Positions 18,334-25,016 of a stretch of DNA of 32,859 nt are shown one piece after another; the stretch's first letter is position 1, and every line of letters begins with the position of its first letter. The notes under the pieces are model-generated. The model was not told the DNA's origin. It worked only from the letters and a program-made list of their open reading frames with translations, and ran no database searches. The translations under genes were made by a program, and so were the position numbers. The stretch is from an uncultured Anaerovibrio sp. (lineage in GTDB: Bacteria > Bacillota > Negativicutes > Selenomonadales > Selenomonadaceae), in the NCBI GenBank assembly GCA_902785445.1, contig CACZYN010000001.1, positions 1 to 32,859 on the forward strand, given 5' to 3'.

Positions 18334-19878
18334 TTAGGTGATTTCCTTATAAGCTATCTGATATTCAAACAGGCGTATTCTGTCATCAGCCCGAACCTTC
18401 TTTATAAGTTTCTTTTTCGGAGAATTAAGGACTATGATGCCATATACCTTTTTACCTCTCTTTACTTTATTCTTCTCAAACCAGTCAACATATTGCTTAG
18501 TTTGCTCGTAGGCATCATCGTAGCCAGAGTCCTTTTTTAATTCAAGAATATAAAGGTTTTCGTCCTTGTCCTCACATAGAAGATCCAAACGCCACTTACC
18601 ATCAGCACACGGGTATTGGCGGCCGTAATAATCTCCTTTTTTGCGGTAGATATGAAGATTTAAGCCGAATACAGGCTGACCGCTTTCGAGGCGGGAAGTA
18701 AGTTCATCCTCCAAAACTTTTTCACTGGAAAATTGACTCTTTTTCTCAAAGAATTTTGTTTTAACTTCAATTTCTGCCTCTGCTTGTTCATCTGGCACAT
18801 CTACAATATCATCTTCATCGGAGACGGCGGGAGTTATCTTCTGATTATTCTTAGGCTTTTTCTCCAGTTGTTCTATTATATTTTTGGAAATCTTAAACTC
18901 ATTCTCGGCTATAAATTTACGGGCATCTTCATATAAACCAGCTCTGATATAGGAACGTACAAGATTGTGTGGAGCATAGGAAAGGTCACGTTTCTCGGCA
19001 ATACATTGCTTAAATATTTCTATGGCGTCATTATATTTCTTTTGTTTATATAAGCAATATCCCAGGTTGTTCAACGCGTTATCATACAATGGAGATAGTT
19101 CCAGACATTTTCTGTATGCTTTTTCTTCTTCTTTATAATCCTTTACTTTTCCATAAACCCATCCCAAGGCAAATTCAATATAATCTGTATAAAACAGTAT
19201 ATTTTTATCACGGATTTTTTCAAAACACTGTATAGAGTTGTAATACATTTTTTCATTAGCATACAAATAACCTAAAAGCTCAAAGGGTATAATATAACTC
19301 GGATGAATCTGTGAAAAGGTTAGCAGCAGAGCTATAGCATGACTGTTATCTTCGCAGCTGTAAAATTCATCCATCAAATTACATAATTCAGCATTTTCAT
19401 CATAATCGTATTTTTTGGAAAGCTTGGCCAAATCTGTCCAAAAGCCCTTATATGCATCCTTAAAATTTTCAAGAAACATCTGGCAGAAATCAAGTTCCTT
19501 TGGCTTTAAGCCACTGCCGTATCCTTCTATGCGTTCAAACAGTTCCTCTATACATGGAATGACCTTCTTATTATTACCTTTAAAAAAATAACAAATGGCC
19601 TTATTTAATTCATCTAATTCATGAAAGTGTATATCACATATTTTTAGATATAGTGATTTTGCATCGTTATCTATATCGGTCTGTTTTTTTTCATACTTAT
19701 AATAACCACCGCAATAAATTCGGCGCAAATCATAAGTAAACATTTCACTTAATTCTTTTTTATATTTGCCCTGATATTTAAGCAATTTCTCATAAGCTTG
19801 TTCAAAGGTATGTTCCACTGGAAATATTACTGAATCATAGATTTTTTCAATTTCAATCTGTTTTTCTTCCGGAGTCAT
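18334..19878 (-). CDS. TPR-repeat protein with a C-terminal NucS/EndoMS-like PD-(D/E)XK nuclease domain
   Basis: TPRs (ELLGYLYANEKMYYNSIQCFEK; NALNNLGYCLYKQKKYNDAIEIFKQCI), an acidic linker, then SEKVLED...RQY...RLDLLCED...LYILELKK...EQTKQY...GIIV. Confidence 0.82.
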   Translation of the reverse strand: MTPEEKQIEIEKIYDSVIFPVEHTFEQAYEKLLKYQGKYKKELSEMFTYDLRRIYCGGYYKYEKKQTDIDNDAKSLYLKICDIHFHELDELNKAICYFFKGNNKKVIPCIEELFERIEGYGSGLKPKELDFCQMFLENFKDAYKGFWTDLAKLSKKYDYDENAELCNLMDEFYSCEDNSHAIALLLTFSQIHPSYIIPFELLGYLYANEKMYYNSIQCFEKIRDKNILFYTDYIEFALGWVYGKVKDYKEEEKAYRKCLELSPLYDNALNNLGYCLYKQKKYNDAIEIFKQCIAEKRDLSYAPHNLVRSYIRAGLYEDARKFIAENEFKISKNIIEQLEKKPKNNQKITPAVSDEDDIVDVPDEQAEAEIEVKTKFFEKKSQFSSEKVLEDELTSRLESGQPVFGLNLHIYRKKGDYYGRQYPCADGKWRLDLLCEDKDENLYILELKKDSGYDDAYEQTKQYVDWFEKNKVKRGKKVYGIIVLNSPKKKLIKKVRADDRIRLFEYQIAYKEIT

Positions 19879-19914
19879 AGGAATATCACCTCATAATGAA
19901 AGATTTTGCTGTCC

Positions 19915-19944
19915 AAATTCGACAAGATTTTATAAATATCCTTC
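19915..19944 (-). promoter_or_regulatory. Sigma-H-like promoter upstream of the TPR-nuclease gene
   Basis: Minus strand reads GAAGGA-N18-GAATTT (GAAGGATATTTATAAAATCTTGTCGAATTT), matching the Bacillus sigma-H AGGA/GAAT consensus and spacing. Confidence 0.5.
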
Positions 19945-20027
19945 TTTGCTCACGCTGGAAAAGGCCTGCCCCAAAACCTCACCTTGATATCATATATTTA
20001 AAGTAAATGGTGGAAACTGCTGTGCCG

Positions 20028-20036
20028 TGCTATAAT
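20028..20036 (+). promoter_or_regulatory. Extended -10 promoter for the 20105/20810 genes
   Basis: TGCTATAAT about 70 nt upstream of ATG 20105. Confidence 0.6.
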
Positions 20037-20104
20037 TTTTTATGGATAAACCTTCTAAAAGTGTAGTGGCTTTCAACTCATAATAGGCAAAGGAGATTTT
20101 TGAA

Positions 20105-20746
20105 ATGAAAATTTTAATGATTGATGAAAATGCTTTGTTCTATGTCAGTTCCGCAGGTCTGGAGAAATTTCCTAAAATTGAAGGCAAAGAAAGCCTTAAT
20201 TCCCGCTATCTTATAAAGAGTTGGATTGATTTCTACAACAACTATAATGCCAGTTTTGATTTAAGGCTTATTCCAAATTTTGCCTCTCTCTATCATCTTG
20301 TTGGCCGTGTCCTGAAAACAACGGGGAAATTTATGAGAGTTAATTCCCAGGAAGAAATATTGAAAATTTTAAAGACGCAGTGCAAGGATAGTACATTAGG
20401 GATATTTAATGTAGATATGCACCACGACCAAGAAAATGGGGAACTGTATAACTCTTGGGCCAATCCTTCTGTTATAAAAAAGGAGCTGCCCAATGTTGCT
20501 TCCTATGAATATAATTGGTTTTTTACCTCTACTGCCAGTGATCTGGATGGATTTGTAAAAAAGAGTTCAGATTTCAAATCAAAATATAAGTGCAGTGCAG
20601 TTAATTTTGAGGATTTTTTCAGTGATACCTCATTGTATAAAAAGTTTGATTTAGTTGTATTCTCTGCCTCGGAACATTCTGTTCCTAGCAACTACTGGGA
20701 AGTATTTGCAAATATGTATAAAGTGTTCTGTATAGGCGAGATATAA
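20105..20746 (+). CDS. Hypothetical protein, arginase/UPF0489-like DxHxD metal-binding signature
   Basis: AAAGGAG RBS. IFNVDMHHD, NSW, YNWF and FDLVVFSASEHSVP motifs. AT-rich. Confidence 0.6.
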   Translation: MKILMIDENALFYVSSAGLEKFPKIEGKESLNSRYLIKSWIDFYNNYNASFDLRLIPNFASLYHLVGRVLKTTGKFMRVNSQEEILKILKTQCKDSTLGIFNVDMHHDQENGELYNSWANPSVIKKELPNVASYEYNWFFTSTASDLDGFVKKSSDFKSKYKCSAVNFEDFFSDTSLYKKFDLVVFSASEHSVPSNYWEVFANMYKVFCIGEI

Positions 20747-20809
20747 AAATAAAATATTGAGGTTATACAATTTTCCCCAGTTTATAGTTAATAATTATGA
20801 GGTGATATT

Positions 20810-21814
20810 ATGCTGTATAAATATAACGGTGGAAATCTTGAAATGCTGGAAAGTCATGATATAAGAGTAGTTGAAGGAAAAGAAAAAGATTTAGAAAATT
20901 TGCTGGCAAAAAACCTATCTGATTTATATGTTGAAAATGGACAGCTAATGCCTATTTTTCAGGAAAGAGCCATGCAGGAGGAACCGGATTTATGCGCATT
21001 GGACAGAGATGGCAATTTGTTAATTTTTGAGCTTAAACGCAGTACGGTAACAGGTGATGTTACTCTACAAATTATGCGCTATTGCCAGAACTATGGTCAA
21101 AAAAATTATAGTGATTTATGTTCCATGTATAATACTTTTTTGCATACTGAAACAGCTAATTTACAAGAAGCCCACGCTGAAGCATTTGGATTGGACAAGC
21201 CATTAAATGTTGAAGAATTTAACAGACACCAAAAATTAATACTTGTAGGCAGTTCGGCAGATTATGCATTGATGGAAAATGTTTCTTATTGGAAAAAACA
21301 GGGTATCGATATAGATTATATTCCATACAGGTTTTATGAAATTGCGGATGAGATATTTTTTGAGTTTTTTGCAAAGCCTTACGATTATCATATAAATCCA
21401 AGAGAAATCAAAGGAATTATATTTGATACCAATAGATCATATGATGAAAACGCCATATGGGATATGGTGTCCAAGCACAAAGTCAGTGCCTATGGCAGTG
21501 TAAAGAATTGCGTACAAGCCTTTAATAAAGGGGACTATGTGTTATATTATCATAAAGGTTACGGCGTAGTCGGTGTCGGAAAGATAAAATCGTCAAAACC
21601 AAAGGAAATACCTCAAAATGAAGAAATGTATATGGATGTAGAATTATTAACGCCTGAATTAAATGGCGAAATTAGACATTCAATATCTGCGTCAGAATTA
21701 AAACAGTTGCTAAATAAAGGATTTTATTTTGCAAAAACCACAAAAGTGCCATATTTGTCTGTAGAAGAATCTAAGAAAGTGGTAAAGGCTTTGGAGGAAA
21801 AATTCTCTACTTAA
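20810..21814 (+). CDS. NucS-like PD-(D/E)XK nuclease fused to a C-terminal PUA/EVE-like domain
   Basis: EKDLENLL...QE...PDLCALDRDGNLLIFELKR...QIMRY. C-terminal AFNKGDYVLYYHKGYGVVGVGKIKS resembles the EVE/PUA beta-core. GAGGTGA RBS. Confidence 0.75.
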   Translation: MLYKYNGGNLEMLESHDIRVVEGKEKDLENLLAKNLSDLYVENGQLMPIFQERAMQEEPDLCALDRDGNLLIFELKRSTVTGDVTLQIMRYCQNYGQKNYSDLCSMYNTFLHTETANLQEAHAEAFGLDKPLNVEEFNRHQKLILVGSSADYALMENVSYWKKQGIDIDYIPYRFYEIADEIFFEFFAKPYDYHINPREIKGIIFDTNRSYDENAIWDMVSKHKVSAYGSVKNCVQAFNKGDYVLYYHKGYGVVGVGKIKSSKPKEIPQNEEMYMDVELLTPELNGEIRHSISASELKQLLNKGFYFAKTTKVPYLSVEESKKVVKALEEKFST

Positions 21815-21828
21815 AGATTGCACAACAA

Positions 21829-21860
21829 GAGCCTGGTAGTTTGATAATACTACCAGGCTC
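21829..21860. terminator. Strong hairpin after the nuclease gene (probable terminator)
   Basis: GAGCCTGGTAGT-N8-ACTACCAGGCTC, 12-bp perfect stem. Confidence 0.7.
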
Positions 21861-22004
21861 TGTTTCATTTCCCCATTATTTTCTTCAATGCCTCGATATC
21901 CTGCCTTATCTTCCTCGGTTCGTAGCGGAGGTTATTGGCCAGAGCTATAAGTCCTTCATACGAAATAATGGTACAGTCGCCTCCCCTCCGGGGATTAGTG
22001 TTGC

Positions 22005-22073
22005 GTCGCCTCCGGCATGCATCCCAGCCCATAAAAATACATGGTAAGAACTGCCTCATAATGCTATAATTTT
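22005..22073. repeat. Recurrent intergenic module, copy with motif + promoter
   Basis: Exact repeats of the 18249 motif blocks. 22042-22073 matches 20008-20039 at 22/32 nt, including TGCTATAATTTT. Confidence 0.7.
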
Positions 22074-22132
22074 GCCAAAGAAGTCGACACCAAGATAATG
22101 TGATATTGTATCGTGCAATGGAGGGCAACCTT

Positions 22133-22345
22133 ATGGCAAAAAGTGTACTCATCAAAGATACGACCCGCGAAGAGCGTGAGGAAATTGTCCGGAAGGCCCT
22201 GTCCTGCTCTGATGGCTGTGAAAATTGCACTGGATGTGCTCTGGGAGCTGGTGATCCTTTTGAAATGTACCGCCCGTACATAGAAGGAAAAAAAGAAATA
22301 CGTGACATCAATATGGAATACAATACCAGATATAATATCCACTGA
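22133..22345 (+). CDS. Small (70 aa) Cys-cluster protein of unknown function
   Basis: GGAGGG RBS, upstream TGCTATAAT, own terminator. LIKDTTREERE...CSDGCENCTGC...MYRPYIEGKKEI. Confidence 0.8.
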   Translation: MAKSVLIKDTTREEREEIVRKALSCSDGCENCTGCALGAGDPFEMYRPYIEGKKEIRDINMEYNTRYNIH

Positions 22346-22351
22346 CGGCAC

Positions 22352-22378
22352 AAGGGCTCAAAAAAGAGCCCTTTTTTG
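22352..22378 (+). terminator. Intrinsic terminator after the small Cys protein
   Basis: AAGGGCTC-AAAAAA-GAGCCCTT followed by a T-tract. Confidence 0.85.
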
Positions 22379-22380
22379 AT

Positions 22381-22433
22381 GCCCCTTCCGGCAGCTCGCC
22401 CACAATAAAAGCCGGTCCGCAGACCGGCCTTTC
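22381..22433. repeat. Recurrent intergenic module, diverged full copy (motif + minus-strand terminator of the NimA-like gene)
   Basis: GCCCCTTCCGGCAGCTCGCCCACAATAAAA, then GCCGGTC-CGCA-GACCGGC. 22407-22425 matches 18281-18299 at 15/19. Confidence 0.6.
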
Positions 22434-22468
22434 ATGTGATGCTACAACACTCCACAGCAAACAATAAA

Positions 22469-22936
22469 TTAAGCAAGATTTCGTTTTCCGGTAATGTTAT
22501 GAATTATTATTTTGCCAACTTTCAAATGAGCAAGACCATTACACCGGTCCAATGGGTAATCATCATAACCATAGTGCTGGTTAATTAGTCTAAGACATCG
22601 TTTTACTTCATCCGGGTTTGTTACAAATTCGCATTTGCCTTGAGCAATAAAACTTTCATAGCGAGTAGTAATACCATGTTCTGTTAATTCCGTTTTATGG
22701 AATATGTCCCCCTCGACACAAACATTTGAGGATTTTTCCATCAGCTCGATTTTTAGCCCCTCCTGGGCGCAGTGGAAGTAAATAATAGGTGTATTATCCA
22801 TAACTTCCAGCCCGAAAGACAGGGGAACGACATAAGGAAAATCAGGTCCCTGTAAACCAAGGCGTATGGTGCTGCAGCGTTCAAGTATATCAATAATTTC
22901 TAAAAAATCTGTTACTTCACGATCTTTGCGGCGCAT
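22469..22936 (-). CDS. Pyridoxamine 5'-phosphate oxidase-like / NimA-family flavin-binding protein
   Basis: MRRKDREVTD, PYVVPLSFG, IYFHCAQEGLKIE, RYESFIAQG, ITGK. GGGAGG RBS and TGGTACAAT extended -10 upstream. Confidence 0.9.
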   Translation of the reverse strand: MRRKDREVTDFLEIIDILERCSTIRLGLQGPDFPYVVPLSFGLEVMDNTPIIYFHCAQEGLKIELMEKSSNVCVEGDIFHKTELTEHGITTRYESFIAQGKCEFVTNPDEVKRCLRLINQHYGYDDYPLDRCNGLAHLKVGKIIIHNITGKRNLA

Positions 22937-23030
22937 ATTCATACCTCCCATATCTTCGTTAGCAAGAGATAAATCTTTTATGTGTAACGATATTGTACCA
23001 TGATAAGCGTTGGTACACATAAATGAAAAC

Positions 23031-23180
23031 AAAAAATAAGGTCTGCAAATGCAGACCCCGGAAGCCACGTGAGCAAGAAGCGAAAACTATTATGTCCACT
23101 TTTAAAGGAGGTTCTGGGCTTCCGTGATGGAATGGAACGAATCTAAAAGGAGATTTCATCTGCCAATCCAACCTTCCCAA
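23031..23180 (-). ncRNA. Putative structured RNA (sRNA or long 3' UTR of the chromate-transporter operon) ending in an intrinsic terminator
   Basis: Minus strand: AATCT-CCTTTT-AGATT hairpin, CGGAAGCC/GGCTTCCG stem enclosing ACCTCCTTT, then GGTCTGC-ATTT-GCAGACC-TTATTTTTT. Confidence 0.45.
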
Positions 23181-23194
23181 TTGAATTAACGTTG

Positions 23195-23758
23195 TTACAG
23201 TATCATTCCTAGTACTAGTCCGGCTACACCGCTGCCAAACAAAAGCGGGATGAGGCTGATCTTTTTGTATAGAGCTATTAGGGCTAATATCAGGACAATT
23301 ATTCCTTTTAAATCATATTCATAGAGATTGGTGGGCAGAGTTTCTGTATTCCAAACGGACAAATATATGAAGCTCAAACCAGCAACACATATCAGGGCTA
23401 CTACCGCGGGGCGAAGACCGTTTAGTATCCCTTTTATTGTGCTTATTTCTCCGTACTTCTTCAGCAGCCAGGTAATTGTAAGACAAAGGAAGAAGGAGGG
23501 AGTCACAAAGCCGACGGTAGCTGCTATGGCTCCCGGCAAACCAGCTATTTTGGTGCCGGTAAAGGTGGCAGCGTTAATACCGATGGGGCCGGGGGTCATT
23601 TGGGATATGGTAAATATATCCACAAATTCCGTCATGGTGAGCCAGTGGTAATTATCCACTACTGCGGCCTGTATCCAAGGGAGGGAGGCATAGCCACCCC
23701 CTACACAAAAAAGGCCGATTTTACAAAATTCCCAATATAATTGAAGTATTATATCCAT
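23195..23758 (-). CDS. Short-chain chromate transporter (CHR family), second subunit
   Basis: KIGLFCVGGGY, ISQMTPGPIGINAATFTG, GLRPAVVAL. Confidence 0.92.
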   Translation of the reverse strand: MDIILQLYWEFCKIGLFCVGGGYASLPWIQAAVVDNYHWLTMTEFVDIFTISQMTPGPIGINAATFTGTKIAGLPGAIAATVGFVTPSFFLCLTITWLLKKYGEISTIKGILNGLRPAVVALICVAGLSFIYLSVWNTETLPTNLYEYDLKGIIVLILALIALYKKISLIPLLFGSGVAGLVLGMIL

Positions 23759-23770
23759 TATCAGCCCTCC

Positions 23771-24373
23771 TTAATTATACTTTGGACTACGCAGGAGCAG
23801 CAGTCCGATAAAGGCATCTACCAGCACACAATACATGAGGTTAACCTCAAAAATTAAGGCGGCGATAAAGGTGGCAATGCATATTAAAATAGGTATGAGC
23901 TGTTTTTTGGTAATGAGCTTTTTGACCAGGTCAATGGCAACTTTGATAATTACCGCCGTTGCTCCGCATTGCATGCCCTTTAACAGCAACTGAACATAGG
24001 GATTGTGAGCGAACAGGTCGTAAAAAAAGGCGATGATGGTCATGGTAATGAGGGGCGGAAGTACTGTGGCTAAGGTAGTAACCAATGTTCCGGCCAGACC
24101 CGCCATGCGATGCCCTAGCATTATGGAGGCGTTCACTGCCATTACTCCCGGCAGTGATTGGGCGATGGCGGCAATATCCAAAGTCTCCTTGTCATTAATC
24201 CAGCCATATTCATCCACGAATTTGGTTTTTAAGAGGGGGATAATGACCATCCCTCCACCAACGGTAAAGGCACTGATGAGAAAGGTGGATTTAAACAATA
24301 CCCAGTAAAAGTGTCTGGTGCCAGGCTGTATATTTAGTTTGCCAATGGCTTCATCCATTTTTTCTATATCCAT
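23771..24373 (-). CDS. Short-chain chromate transporter (CHR family), first subunit
   Basis: ISAFTVGGG, IAQSLPGVMAVN, LPPLI. AAGGAG RBS supports ATG 24373 rather than 24388. Confidence 0.92.
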   Translation of the reverse strand: MDIEKMDEAIGKLNIQPGTRHFYWVLFKSTFLISAFTVGGGMVIIPLLKTKFVDEYGWINDKETLDIAAIAQSLPGVMAVNASIMLGHRMAGLAGTLVTTLATVLPPLITMTIIAFFYDLFAHNPYVQLLLKGMQCGATAVIIKVAIDLVKKLITKKQLIPILICIATFIAALIFEVNLMYCVLVDAFIGLLLLRSPKYN

Positions 24374-24472
24374 TTGTGTCTCCTTCATGCTACAATATAA
24401 TACAGGTTATATTGTACACCGAGCCTATATATTTGCAAGGGAAGTCAAGTGAAAAAATATATTTTTACACAT

Positions 24473-24620
24473 GAAAAGACGCCCCTTGGAGATTAGGGAC
24501 GTCTCACGGAGAAGGAATGATAATGGGATACAAATCAAAGCATTTTCCGTGCAGCTGTCAAATGGAGAGTTTTAACAGCCACATGCCTTGACCTGTTTAT
24601 AGAAGAACCTTTCTTCTATT
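24473..24620 (-). ncRNA. Putative multi-hairpin sRNA with UCUCCA loops
   Basis: Four consecutive hairpins on the minus strand. G-U pairs favour this strand. The last hairpin is a terminator (AGACGTCCCT-AATCTCCA-AGGGGCGTCT-TTT). Confidence 0.55.
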
Positions 24621-24697
24621 TTGTGTGTATATGTTATCATGCTATTATTAAATAATAATTAGAATAAGATTAATTTTATAAAATTGGGAGTGAGATT

Positions 24698-24913
24698 ATG
24701 AATATCATGAAAATCTGTCTGGTGGTTGTGCTGATTTTTTGGCTTATTACGGAATTTGCCCCGGAGGAAATTTCTGCTATAACCGGCATGATAGGCATTG
24801 GCGTAGCGGTGGTGGCTGTTATATTGTTTAACAATCACCATAACAAGAAAAAGGCTGAACAGGATGATGAGGATAACATGGATGAAGTTATTGAAGAGGA
24901 TACTGAAGAGTAA
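24698..24913 (+). CDS. Small two-TM protein with an acidic C-terminal tail
   Basis: GGGAG RBS, two hydrophobic segments, tail EQDDEDNMDEVIEEDTEE. Confidence 0.7.
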   Translation: MNIMKICLVVVLIFWLITEFAPEEISAITGMIGIGVAVVAVILFNNHHNKKKAEQDDEDNMDEVIEEDTEE

Positions 24914-25016
24914 TTAAAATTAATATAATTAAAATATAGTAATCTGCATAAAAAAATGGTATAGTAGACAGGACGTTTTTACCAAAAAAGATTTGAAAGG
25001 TTGTGTTAATGAGACA

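Noticed and set aside
20810-21814. Calling either island nuclease a true mismatch-repair nucS
   Set aside because: Only the catalytic domain is similar. The domain architectures differ and the genes lie in an AT-rich accessory block.
21865-22353. 162-aa minus-strand ORF
   Set aside because: Most of it is antisense to the small Cys-protein gene and runs through its promoter and the repeat. Only the last 34 codons were kept, as a weak finding.
18249-22433. CRISPR array or classical integron attC interpretation of the recurrent repeats
   Set aside because: Spacing is gene-sized and irregular, there are no cas genes, no clear RYYYAAC/GTTRRRY cores, and the recombinase looks Cre-like rather than IntI-like.
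24473-24620. CsrB/RsmZ-like RNA on the plus strand (GGA in loops)
   Set aside because: The stems contain G-U pairs only on the minus strand, and the terminator U-tract is on the minus strand.
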